DNA of 64,000 nt from Octopus sinensis (GCF_006345805.1 NC_043014.1:7874001-7938000), one strand, 5' to 3'. Positions 1 through 12,301 are shown, counted from the first letter of the stretch. Program-made: numbers and translations. Notes: generated by a model not told the origin, from the sequence alone.

Positions 1-413
1 AAGTCGATTATATCGACCCCAGTGCGTAACTAGTACTTAATCTATCGACCCCGAAAGGATGAAAGGCAAAGTCGACCTCGGCGGAATTGGAACTCAGAAC
101 GTACCTATTTCTTTACTACCCACAAGGGGCTAAACACAGAGGGGACAAACAAGGACAGACAAACGGATTAAGTCGTTTATATACATATATATATATTTCT
201 TTATTGCCGACAAGGGGCTAAACAAACAAGGACAGACAAACGGATTAAGTAGATTACATCGAGCTCAGTGCGAAACTGGTACTTAATTTATCGACCCCGA
301 AAGGATGAAAGGCAAAGTCGACCTCAACGGTATTTGAACTCAGAACGTAACGACAGACGAAATACGGCGACGCATTTCCCCCGGCGCGCTTACGTTTCTG
401 CCAGCTCGCCGCC
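1..413 (-). mobile_element. tRNA-headed SINE (Meta-domain-like), one full unit plus tandem partial units
   Basis: Minus strand: head GGCGGCGAGCTGGCAGAAACGT, B-box-like AGTTCAAAT, central CTTTGCCTTTCATCCTTTCGGGGTCGATAAATTAAGTACCAG, 3' end GTAAAGAAATAGG; same family at 20162, 32737, 42874, 60749. Confidence 0.85.
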
Positions 414-834
414 TTACTTTATTAATATATTGCCTTCAGCGTTAGATTGAAAAGGAAAAAAAATATTGAAAATATTGTTGTAGCCGTGTAGTGGCAAGTA
501 AAAATAACTTTCAGATAGATTAGTCTCACACTATAGATATAATTCTCATATAAAGTTATACGTTACATGAAGTACAAAGCAATATTATGCATCGAAGTTT
601 TTTATCGTCAAGTTTTAGAAAAGTTTCCACGCCTTTTGCTTGCATGCTTGTTCTTTTTCCATATTCATTGTATTTGAATCTGATGGTGTTCCACAGGAAA
701 ACAATACATGGTTACACGCATTATCATATCGTAGTAACCCATTGTTTTGATTGCAAATAATGGAAAGCATACTAGACGCCTTCAATACACGCACACACCA
801 CAAATACACACATACACAAAATATATTCATACAC

Positions 835-838
<4 letters not shown>

Positions 839-923
<85 letters not shown>
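839..923. repeat. (TA)n microsatellite (one of dozens in the window)
   Basis: Pure TA run seen directly. Confidence 0.98.
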
Positions 924-928
<5 letters not shown>

Positions 929-936
929 TTATTTTA

Positions 937-1046
937 TAGAAGGAGCTTCTACAGGACTAGAACTGTTTCATTCAAAAGAAATCATCAGGGCTTCCTGATG
1001 ATTTCTTTTGAATGAAACAGTTCTAGTCCTGTAGAAGCTCCTTCTA
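937..1046. repeat. 110-bp palindrome (53-bp arms, GCTT loop), PLE-terminus-like
   Basis: 937-989 is the reverse complement of 994-1046; contains an HHR motif. Confidence 0.9.
991..1037 (+). ncRNA. Minimal type I hammerhead ribozyme motif
   Basis: cttc-CTGATGA-tttc tttt gaat-GAAA-cag ttctagtc ctg-TA-gaag: stem I cttc/gaag, stem II ttc/gaa, stem III acag/ctgt, GUA cleavage triplet. Confidence 0.7.
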
Positions 1047-1167
1047 AAAAATAAATTAATTTACTCTGCTATGTATTGAGTACCTTATTTACTGTGGTTA
1101 ACCCCGACTCAACCCGGGACCTACATATATATATATATATATATTATATTATATATATATATATACT

Positions 1168-1561
1168 ATAGCAGTATCGCCCGGCGTTGCTCGGGTTTGT
1201 AAGGGAAATAACTATATAAGCATTTTTAGAGAGTTATAGCCAAAAAATAGCAAAAAAATGCATTAAAAATTGAAAATAAATTAAGGTAAATTTTTTTAAA
1301 TCGTTGACACATCGTAGATATTTTTAGAGAGTTACTTCCCTTATATAAAAGCGAAAAAAATGCATTAAAATGGAAAAATATGATGGTAAATTTTTTTAAA
1401 ATCATAGACTCATCGTAGACGCGCGCTAATACCCAGAAGGGCTCGATATGAATCACGACTATAAGATACCCGCTTTTGGTTAAACTGCACCGCAAAATGT
1501 GGGAGTAATTACGAATGTAAATCGAAGGGGACAGACACACAACTTCACTCTTATATAAAGA
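1168..1561 (-). mobile_element. Non-autonomous Helitron
   Basis: Minus strand begins A|TCTTTATATAAG and ends with hairpin CCCGAGCAACGCCGGG then GATACTGCTA(TA)G; homologous to 12819-13215. Confidence 0.85.
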
Positions 1562-1574
1562 TGCTTTTTTTTTT

Positions 1575-1887
1575 CAGTCATAGAGTTAGATTTATGAAGG
1601 TCTTCAGTAGAAAATCCTTCGAATTCTGACTCGCTGCTTGATATAATGAAATTCGTATCCATTTTTTGTCAGAATTACAATTTTGAAAACACAATAGGAA
1701 CAAATTTCGGAAAAAAATCTCCCATAATTCACGGAATTAAAATTACACTTCGATTCTTGTACAAAACTGTATTTGAAGTTTACGAAGTATAATACGTGTT
1801 TTCACGAATGTACTAAAGAGATTTACTCTGATATTCTCATTTAAATATGATAGGTAAATTCGGGCGGTTTGGTAACGAAAGGGTTTA
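1575..1887 (-). mobile_element. Possible piggyBac-type left end with acidic N-terminal transposase fragment
   Basis: Minus-strand terminus CCCTTTCGTTACC next to a degenerate TTAA; downstream peptide MDTNFIISSSESEFEGFSTEDL resembles acidic piggyBac N-termini. Confidence 0.4.
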
Positions 1888-2346
1888 TATAAGTGTCGTC
1901 TGTTTATACATAAACACTGTTTCATAGTTTCAGTTTAGTCTTCCTCAAATCACTGTCGCTAATTTACTCTCTTCCAAGAACATTTTCACTCACTGTTATC
2001 TGTTAGCTTCCCATACATTTTACTCATGTATCTATCAGCGTGATAGACAGAAACAAATATTACATTTACTTTCATTTTATTCGTTGCCCACTGTGTGTGT
2101 GCGTTTGCGTGTGGTGTAAACCAGACTAAGAAAAGCATTTGACACACACACCAGAATGTGAGTTTTCTGTAAATTTTGCTTAATTGGAGTTTAACTTTTA
2201 AAAACTGGACCTGGCATGACGCGATGCATTGTACTCTTAAAACTGCTAGGTAAATTGTAATTGAAGAAATCCTATATTGTAGATTTGTATAACTCCCAAA
2301 GGGAGGCAGATAAAATCTGCCTTTATAATAAGATATATTATATATA

Positions 2347-2380
<34 letters not shown>

Positions 2381-2384
<4 letters not shown>

Positions 2385-2763
2385 AATATTAGGGAATAAA
2401 TCCAAATTTACAGGGAAAAAAATCAGATTTAGGATTAAATCCAATTTTATAGTAAAATATTATAAAATATTAAGAGACAAAACCACTATTTTGCAAAACA
2501 AACAAGGAAAGACTTAATCAATACATAAAATTTTAATAAATAGTCAATAAAACCGCCACTACAATTGTTTCTTGTCTTGATCGACAATCTTCAGGTGGAC
2601 TTCAATAAGTCAGTTTCTGAAACTGACTTATTGAAGTCCACCTGAAGATTGTCGATCAAGACAAGAAACAATTGTAGTGGCGGTTTTATTGACTATTTAT
2701 TAAAATTTTATGTATTGATTAAGTCTTTCCTTGTTTGTTTTGCAAAATAGTGGTTTTGTCTCT
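2381..2763. mobile_element. PLE-derived asymmetric palindrome (family A): perfect 145-bp arms plus ~90-bp one-sided extension
   Basis: 2473-2617 mirrors 2619-2763 around a 1-nt loop; related copy at 58313-58696; flanked by (TA)n-rich DNA. Confidence 0.8.
2638..2680 (+). ncRNA. Minimal type I hammerhead motif (mirrored on minus strand in left arm)
   Basis: ccac-CTGAAGA-ttgtc gatcaa gacaa-GAAA-c aatt g-TA-gtgg; palindromic stem III ACAATTGT. Confidence 0.8.
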
Positions 2764-3121
2764 AATAATATTTTATATATATATTATATATATTATATAT
2801 ATATATATATATAATATATATATATATACATATATATATTTGTATCACGTATGAGTTTGTGTATGTGAATATATAGATACCATATATATACATACGTATG
2901 TGTGCATGTATACACACGTATATATATATATATATATATGTATGTACACGGATACAGCATAGTGTATATATATTAAGATACATCCATATCTATCTATCTA
3001 TCTATCTATCAACATTTATTTTATTATATGTTCAGTAAGTAATATATGCATACATACATACATACATACATACTGGCAAACATATACACAAAGGCATGTA
3101 TATATTATAATGTATATATTG

Positions 3122-3165
<44 letters not shown>

Positions 3166-3282
3166 AGGTTAAACGCATGCGCTCACACACACGTGGGTGT
3201 ATGTGCGTATATATGAATGTACGTGTGTGTATGTTTATGTATACATCTACCTGTATATATATATCCATACATACATACATAC

Positions 3283-3385
<103 letters not shown>

Positions 3386-3682
3386 GTATGTATATAATTG
3401 TAAAACTGACAGCAAACATTAAGGCAAGGCAGACATCTCAAGTCATATATAATATTATTATAGGAAGAAATTCAAAATCTTTCAGCTGTTTCTGGGATAT
3501 CCCCGAATATGGGATATTCCATCATCAGAGCCAAATAGGAGAAAAAATATAGAAAATGAGAATGGTATATATTAATAAGATGACAGCAGAGATGAAGGAA
3601 GTAAAAGAATAAGGTGATGGAAAGAAAGAAGCATAAAAGTCCATAGTTCAACTTTATAGAAATTATAGAAATCGGAGTATGA

Positions 3683-5596
3683 GTCCTTAGGCGCAATCCT
3701 GCGTTGATCCATGAGCGTAAGTCCTTCGGCGCAATCCTGCGTTGATCCATGAGCGTAACTTCTTAGGCGCAATCCTGCGTAGATCCATGAGCGTAAGTCC
3801 TCAGGCGCAATTCTGCGTAGATCCATGACCGTAAGTCCTTAGGCGCAATCCTGCGTAGATCCATGAGCGTAAGTCCTTAGGCGCAATCCTGCGTAAATCC
3901 ATGAGCGTAAGTCTTTAGGCGCAATCCTGCGTAGATCCATGAGCGTAAGTCCGTCGGCAAAATCCTGCGTAGATCCATGAGCGTAAGTCCTTAGGTGCAA
4001 TCCTGCGTAGATCCATGAGCGTAAGTCCTTAGGCGCAATCCTGCGTAGATCCATGAGCGTAAGTCCTTAGGCGCAATCCTGCGTAGATCCATAAGCGTAA
4101 GTCCTTCGGCGCAATCCTGCGTAGATCCATGAGCATAAGTCCTTCGGCGCAATCCTGCGTAGATCCATGAGCGTAAGTCCTTCGGCGCAATCCTGCGTAG
4201 ATCCATGAGCGTAAGTCCTTAGGCGCAATCCTGCGTAGATCCATGAGCGTAAGTCATTCCGCGAAATCCTGCGTAGATCCATGAGCATAAGTCCTTAGGC
4301 GCAATCCTGCGTAGATCCATGAGCGTAAGTCCTTAGGCGCAATCCTGCGTAGATCCATGAGCGTAAGTCCTTAGGCGCAATCCTGCGTAGATCCATGAGC
4401 GTAAGTCCTTAGGTGCAATCCTGCGTAGATCCATGAGCGTAAGTACTTAGGTGCAATCCTGCGTAGATCCATGAGCGGAAATCCTAAGACGCAATCCTGC
4501 GTAGATCCATGAGCGTAAGTCCTTAGGCGCAATCCTGCGTAGATCCATGAGCGTAAGTCCTTAGGTGCAATCCTGCGATGTCCATAAGCGTAATTCCTTA
4601 GGCGCAATCCTGCGTAGATCCATGAGCGTAAGTCCTTAGGCGCAATCCTGCGTAGATCCATGAGCGTAAGTCCTTAGACGCAATCCTGCGTAGATCCATG
4701 AGCGTAAGTCCTTAGGCGCAATCCTGCGTAGATCCATGAGCATAAGTCCTTAGGCGCAATCCTGCGTTGATCCATGAGCGTAAGTCCTTCGGCGCAATCC
4801 TGCGTAGATCCATGAGCGTAAGTCCTTAGGCGCAATCCTGCGTAGATCCATGAGCGTAAGTCCTTAGGTGCAATCCTGCGTAGATCCATGAGCGTAAGTC
4901 CTTCGGCGCAATCCTGCGTAGATACATGAGCATAAGTCCTTAGGCGCAATCCTGCGTAGATCCATGAGCCTAAGTCCTTAGGCGCAATCCTGCGTAGATC
5001 CATGACCGTAAGTCCTTAGGCGCAATCCAGCGTAGATCCATGAGCGTAAGTCCTTAGGCGCAATCCTGCGTAGATCCATGAGCGTAAGTCCTTAGGCGCA
5101 ATCCTGCGTAGATCCATGAGCGTAAGTCCTTAGGCGCAATCCTGCGTAGATCCATGAGCGTAAGTCCTTAGGCGCAATCCTGCGTAGATCCATGAGCGTA
5201 AGTCCTTCGGCGCAATCCTGCGTCGATCCATGAGCGTAAGTCCTTCGGCGCAATCCTGCGTAGATCCATGAGCGTAAGTCCTTAGGCGCAATCCTGCGTA
5301 GATCCATGAGCGTAAGTCCTTAGGCGCAATCCTGCGTAGATCCATGAGCATAAGTCCTTAGGCGCAATCCTGCGTAGATCTATGAGCGTAAGTCCTTAGA
5401 CGCAATCCTGCGTAGATCCAAGAGCGTAAGTCCTTAGGCGTAATCCTGCGTAGATCCATATGCGTAAGTCCTTAGGCGCAATCCTGCGTAGATCCATGAG
5501 CCTAAGTCCTTAGGCGCAATCCTGCGTCGATCCATGAGCGTAAGTCCTTAGGCGCAATCCTGCGTAGATCCACGAGCGTAAGTCCTTAGGTGCAAT
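3683..5596. repeat. 38-bp tandem satellite, about 50 copies
   Basis: Unit GTCCTTAGGCGCAATCCTGCGTAGATCCATGAGCGTAA repeated head-to-tail without spacers. Confidence 0.98.
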
Positions 5597-5621
5597 TGTA
5601 AGGGCTTATCGGAATGATATC

Positions 5622-6098
5622 ATCCTCCCACGAATTCTTTGACCGCTCTTGTCATTTGAAGTCCAAATATCCACAGTGGAATGCTTTGAGGGGAGAGCCA
5701 GTGGGTTCCTGTTGATGTGGTCGGAATGGTTGAGTCTTCTTTGATGCCCGAATAACATCACCCTGTTTGGTAAGACCAATAATTTGAAGGTCCCTATCAG
5801 TAGCTTGAGAGAAGAATTTGTCGTCACATGTACTTGGGATATGTGGCAAAACCGAGACACCTGCAACCTTAATGCCTCTAAGGCTGGTGTTGAGGTTAGA
5901 ACAGGACGAAAGTTGGCAGCATTGGAGGCTCTCAAGGTTACAGAGTCACGGGTGAGACTCAGTGGGCATCGTACCCTGTGGAAGTGCTGGTCTGGAAGCA
6001 CTACAACGTCCCGTTATGACAAGGTTCAAGGAAAGGACAAGAGGCTACTGATCTGGAATGAGGTACGAGCTTCGATTCAGAAGGAAGGAGCCAGTTAG
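5622..6098 (+). pseudogene. Decayed post-RT fragment of a HERO-like (RLE-type) non-LTR retrotransposon
   Basis: ILPRIL*PLLSFEVQISTVECFE...NNLKVPISSLREEF...AGVEVRTGRK...RYDKVQGKDKRLLIWNEVRASI matches remembered HERO-type motifs (ILPRILWPL, VRTGRKW); stops and frameshifts present. Confidence 0.6.
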
Positions 6099-6310
6099 TT
6101 AGTATGTTGAGATGAGGCGTTAGGGAGTATCGCTATGATGGCACCAAGCAGTAAAATACAGTTTCGTGTCCTGACCTTTGGGGATTTGATCAACTCTTGT
6201 CGGTGACCTGAGTGAGGGTATCTGATATTGAAAGACCCGAAACTTAATTACTCAAGAATCATTACTAATGTCGAGTCCAGATGCAGCACCCGGATGATGT
6301 AGAGAAAAAC

Positions 6311-6346
<36 letters not shown>

Positions 6347-6416
6347 TATATATATATATATATTATATATATAGATATATATATATATATATTATATATA
6401 TAATATATATATATAG

Positions 6417-6521
<105 letters not shown>

Positions 6522-7306
6522 GCATAGAAGTAAATATATGGCACAACGAAGTACCGATATTTACTGGAAAATAGCGAACGTAATAAATACGACGCTAATG
6601 TATAGCTTCACCGCGTATGTACTAGCAAATATGCGTGTGTAACAAACTTGAAAAAAATGTCTTACCTCCAGGGAGAACATCTGAAAGATGAAATGCCTAG
6701 AAAGGGATAATGTGGTTCCGGTTTCAGATTTTTCAAGATATGTCTGCACACATATATTGGAAAGCAATACTCTCGTATTGCATTACTATTTTTATTGAAA
6801 CTTCTTCACTCTTCTCGTTCTGTCGGCGTTTTCGCGTTTCAGTCGAGTGTATTGGCATTGATGTGGCAACAATGAAATGTTGTCGAGGTATATGTTGGCT
6901 GATGAAGATAAATCAAGTATATGTGTGCAGACATATCTTGTATGTGTGTGTGTTTGTATGTATGTAGGTGTGTGTATTGTGTATGTACGTGTGTGTACTG
7001 TGTATGTATGTACGCATGTATATATATATATATACATGCGTACATACATATTGCGTATGTACGTGTGTGTACTGTGTATGTATGTACGCATGTATAATAT
7101 ATATAATATATATATATATATATACATGCGTACATACATACACAGTACACACACGTACATACACAATACACACACCTACATACATACAACACACACACAT
7201 ACACAACACATACGTACACAGATATACATATACACATATATACATATACATATACACATATATACATATACACAGATATACATATACACATACATATACA
7301 CACAAA

Positions 7307-7526
7307 TAAGAGAGGGTCCTGAAAAGTTCCTGGCTTTAAGGGTATCGCGGAAGGCCTGGCTGGGGGCCCGACATCTGAGATTTTTAGAGGGCTTAGAAAA
7401 ACTGAAGGACCACCGTCATTAAGTGTGTGAATCTGAGAGGGGAATTTCTTGAATAAAGTCATAATTAAGTGATCCCCCCGTATTTTCTATTATCGAAAGC
7501 CAGAAACTGTTGTGCACCCCGCCGTA
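7307..7526. mobile_element. Degenerate mariner-derived MITE
   Basis: Imperfect TIRs GAGGGTCCTGAAAAGTTCCTGGCTTT / AAAGCCAGAAACTGTTGTGCACCCC, TA-flanked. Confidence 0.4.
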
Positions 7527-7568
7527 GATGCATAATTACATCCACCAATATACATATATTAACAAACT

Positions 7569-7730
7569 CGCAGGAGTGGCTGTGTGGTAAGTAGCTTGCT
7601 AACCAGCCACATGGTTCCGGGTTCAGTCCCACTGCGTGGCACCTTGGGCAAGTGTCTTCTACTATAGCCTCGGGCCGACCAAAGCCTTGTGAGTGGATTT
7701 GGTAGACGGAAACTGAAAGAAACCCGTCAT
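7569..7730 (+). mobile_element. CORE-type tRNA SINE, 5' half
   Basis: A-box TGGCTGTGTGG, B-box GGTTCAGTCCC, CORE-like CCTTGGGCAAGTGTCTT. Confidence 0.85.
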
Positions 7731-7753
7731 ATATATATGTGTGTATATATATA

Positions 7754-7934
7754 AAGTTAATCCAAACAAGAAAGCACAAAAAAACACAACAACGCGAGGA
7801 CGTGGAACAAATATAGTATTATTGGACGCTCAGGAAAGAAGGAAAGAGGGAGGGTTTAACGTCTCGAGCGGAACTCTTCGTCGGAAACATAGGAGAAGGA
7901 AATATCCAGAGAAGGGAAGTTAGAGGAAAAAAAT
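7754..7934 (-). mobile_element. PLE 3' terminus (family F) with degenerate HHR, inserted in (TA)n
   Basis: Homologous to 33785-33991 and 63366-63573; HHR GAAA changed to GAGA. Confidence 0.75.
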
Positions 7935-7990
7935 ATGTATGTATATATATATATATATTATATATATATATATATATTATATATATATAC

Positions 7991-8067
<77 letters not shown>

Positions 8068-8107
8068 TATAATATATATATATATATGTATTATATATAT
8101 ATTTATA

Positions 8108-8140
<33 letters not shown>

Positions 8141-8174
8141 GTATATATATATATATATATAATTATATATATAT

Positions 8175-8208
<34 letters not shown>

Positions 8209-8210
8209 CA

Positions 8211-8394
8211 GGCGCAGGAGTGGCTGTGTGGTAAGTAGCTTGCTTACCAACCACATGGTTCCGGGATCAGTCCCACTGCGTGGAACCTTGGGCAAGTGTC
8301 TTCTACTATAGCCTCGGGCCGACAAATGCCTTGTGAGTGGATTTGGTAGACGGAAACTGAAAGAACCCCTTTGCATATATGTATATATGTATAT

Positions 8395-8440
<46 letters not shown>

Positions 8441-8670
8441 TGTGTGTGTTTGTGTGTCTGTGTTTGTCCCCCTAGCATTGCTTGACAACCAATGCTGGTG
8501 TGTTTATGTCCCCGTTACTTAGCGGTTCGGCAAAAGAGACCGATAGAATAAGTACTGGGCTTACAAAAAAGAATAAGTCCCGGATTCGAGTTGCTCGATT
8601 AAAAGGCGGTGCTCCAGCATGGTCGCAGTCAAATGACTGAAACAAGTGAAAGAGGTAAAGAGTAAGAGTA
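8211..8670 (+). mobile_element. CORE-type tRNA SINE, full length
   Basis: GGCGCAGGAGTGGCTGTGTGG head, internal (TA)/(GT) microsatellite, tail ending GAAACAAGT(AAAAGAG)n. Confidence 0.9.
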
Positions 8671-9034
8671 AACTCACAAACACGTACACATAGACGGTAA
8701 ATTTCTCAACTACCCCACGGTCAACTACCTAACGTTTGAGTCTTCACTGGTAAATTAAACCAGCTCTAGGTTAATTAGCAAAACCACAAACGATCATGCG
8801 CAATTAATTTATTTTATTGTTTTTTCCCTCATATGTTTGTTTCCATTAATTTCCAGTTACTTTCGTGAATATTTAACCTAGATGACGTACATGTGAAGCT
8901 TCTACATATATTCTGAAAAACGTACACGATTGAGTGTTTCGTATCAGATTCTCTATTCACATTGGCAATCATCACTAAATAACGGTGAGTCTTCCTGCGA
9001 TGCCGACTCTTTGAAATAAGCAACCATATACATA

Positions 9035-9424
9035 GGCGCAGGAGTGGCTGTGTGGTAAGTAGCTTGCTAACTAATCTCATGGTTCCGGGTTCAGTCCCAC
9101 TGCGCGGCATCTTGGGCAAGTGTCTTCTGCTATAGCTCCGGGCCGACCAATGCCTTGTGAGTGGATTTGGTAGACGGAAACTGAAAGAAGTGATATATGT
9201 GTTGTATATATATATATGTGTGTGTATGTGTGTGTGTTTGTCCCCCTAGCATTGCTTGACAACCGATGCTGGTGTGTTTACGTCCCCGTCACTTAGCGGT
9301 TCGGCAAAAGAGACCGATAGAATAAGTACTGGGCTTACAAAGAAAAAGTCCCGGGTTTGATTTGCTCGACTAAAGGCGGTGCTCCAGCATGGCCGCAGTC
9401 AAATGACTGAAACAAGTAAAAGAG
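9035..9424 (+). mobile_element. CORE-type tRNA SINE, full length
   Basis: Same family as 8211-8670. Confidence 0.9.
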
Positions 9425-9661
9425 TATACAAACTCACCCTCACACCCACATACACATCAACCCAGACGTGCGCGCGCGCGCGCGGGAAGGTTCCACATCG
9501 TGTGTCGAAGCCGACACACAAGTTTCTGCCAGTCTTTACCTTGAAAGAATAAAAGAATTAAATACTCAGATGTATTGAATATCAATGTAGGTAATATTTG
9601 GCTGCATTGTTTATAAAACGCATGCGCACACAGACACACATACATATACGCATGCATCCAA

Positions 9662-9990
9662 ATACATACATACATACATGATGGCTGCCCCCCCCCCGGT
9701 TTTCGAGTATGGCCATTGCACGAAGCTTAACTGTTATTGGTGCTGTGATCGAACGTGACTTTTTAGCCCAGCTAAAGATCCTCAATGTCTTGTACAAAAT
9801 TGGCAACTAAGACCTTTACCGGTAATAGCCGGCTGTAGTTGGAACTGGGCTTCATGTACCTTTGCATGTCGTTTAAGTCCTCCTGCCGAATTACACACAC
9901 TCTCTTCCACATGCCCGACAGATATGATTAGTATGGTGTGTAACACCACCACCAGTGGCCAGGTTGTCACTCATCTGTCTCGCTTTATGA
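9662..9990 (-). pseudogene. 3' end of an RTE-like LINE with two C2H2-like fingers and (ATGT)n tail
   Basis: Across frames: ICRACGR..CNSAGGLKRHAKVH...SCQFCTRH..SLAGLKSHVRSQH*, then short UTR and microsatellite tail. Confidence 0.55.
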
Positions 9991-10126
9991 CTACATACAT
10001 ACATACTTACATACACACATACATACATACATACATACATACATACATACATACATACATACACATACATACATACATACATACATACACATACATACAC
10101 ATACATACATACATACATACACGCAT

Positions 10127-10533
10127 ACTCTATCTAGATTACAAGTTCAGCTTTATACCGTTAATTATTGGGGCACTGGGATATGTAACACACTCCCTAA
10201 ATACCAATCTTGAGAAAGTAGGCTGCTCAAAAGTATATTCGAAGACTACAGATCCAATCTATCAATGGAACTGTAATAATCTGTAAAACTTTCCAGAAGT
10301 TTATCATTTAAGTATATATGCACAAGAATACATACATAAAGCAAAACGTACAAATCTGTACATATACATACATTCATACATACATACATACATACATACA
10401 TACATACACACATACATACAAACAAAAATACGTTGTTCTTGATATTGAAGTTCCAGTAAAGGAACCTTGGATCTCGGTTAGTATCCGACGCTTTCTCTAT
10501 TGGCAAGAAGTCTTGAAGTAAAACTGAACAATG
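10127..10533 (+). mobile_element. 5'-truncated R4/Dong-like element (C-terminus + 3' UTR) embedded in (CATA)n
   Basis: LYLDYKFSFIPLIIGALGYVTHSLNTNLEKVG...IRRLQIQSINGTVIICKTF resembles the R4/Dong RLE C-terminus; (CATA)n on both sides. Confidence 0.65.
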
Positions 10534-10717
10534 ACATACATACATACGCACATACATATATACATACATACATACGCACATACATTAATACATACATACA
10601 TACATACACACATACATACATACATACGCACATACATACATACATTCATACATACATACAGACAGACATACATACATACATACATGCATACATACATACA
10701 TACATACATTCATACAT

Positions 10718-10748
<31 letters not shown>

Positions 10749-11464
10749 TACATACATACATGCATACATACATACATACATACATACGCACATACATACA
10801 TACATTCATACATACATACATACATACATACGCACATACATTAATACATACATACACACATACATACATACGCACATACATACATACATTCATACATACA
10901 TACATACATACATACATACGTACATACATACATACATACATACATACGTACATACATACATACATACATACATTCATACGTACATACATACATACATACA
11001 TACGCACATACATACATACGCACATACATACATACATTCATACATACATACATACATACGCACATACATACATACATTCATACATACATACATACATACA
11101 TACATACATACACACACACACATACATACATACATGCATACATATATACATACATACATACATACATACGCACATACATACATACATACATACATACATA
11201 CGCACATACATTAATACATACATACATACATACATACATACATACATACATACGCACATACATTAATACATACATACATACATACATACATACATACATA
11301 CATACAATACATTCATACATACATACATACATACATACGCACATACATTAATACATACATACATTCATACATACATACATACATACATACATACGCACAT
11401 ACATTAATACATACATACATACATACGCACATACGCACATACATACATACATACATACATACAT

Positions 11465-11495
<31 letters not shown>

Positions 11496-11690
11496 TACAT
11501 ACATACATACATACATACATACATACATACACACAACACATACATACATACATGCATACATATATACATACATACATACATACATACATACATACGCACA
11601 TACATACATACATACATACATACATACGCACATACATAATACATACATACAACATACATACATACATACATACGACACATACATAATACA

Positions 11691-11722
<32 letters not shown>

Positions 11723-11894
11723 CATAATACATACATATACATACATACATACATACATACGCACATACATTAATACATACATACATTCATACATACATAC
11801 ATACATACATACATACGCACATACATTAATACATACATACATACATACGCACATACGCACATACATACATACATACATACATACATACATACAT

Positions 11895-11927
<33 letters not shown>

Positions 11928-11990
11928 TACATACATACATACATACATACATACATACATACATACATACATTTGCAAATATCATAATAT
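10534..11990. repeat. Long interrupted (CATA)n microsatellite
   Basis: About 1.45 kb of CATA with recurrent CGCA, CATT, TTAA variants. Confidence 0.97.
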
Positions 11991-12301
11991 ACATACATAT
12001 ATGCAGGTATGTAAGTCGATAAAATATCTGTGGCTCTGTATCAGCCTTGTTATTCAAACTTTCATATATGCTACGCGCACTGTTAAATCAAAACAATAAA
12101 CTTCTTTGTTTGTATATTGTACACTGTGGGAGACTATAAAGTCAGTGGCCTGGAGGTATTTATGTTTGAAGTGAAGGTAACCGTGTTATCCTTTGCAACG
12201 TGATTCTATTGTGGTCTTATTATGCATCACGTGTGCTGTGTCCAGTCACCATGTATGCCCATTATAATGCCTTTATTATACAGGGCGTTTGTTAATCTTC
12301 T

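Noticed and set aside
3683-5596. CRISPR array, or repeat-protein ORFs (MDLRRIAPKDL...)
   Set aside because: Units are contiguous with no unique spacers and no cas genes; the ORFs are frame-cycling products of a 38-nt repeat.
10497-12057. Many MYVC/HTYI ORFs
   Set aside because: (CATA)n artefacts; likewise all YIYI ORFs from (TA)n.
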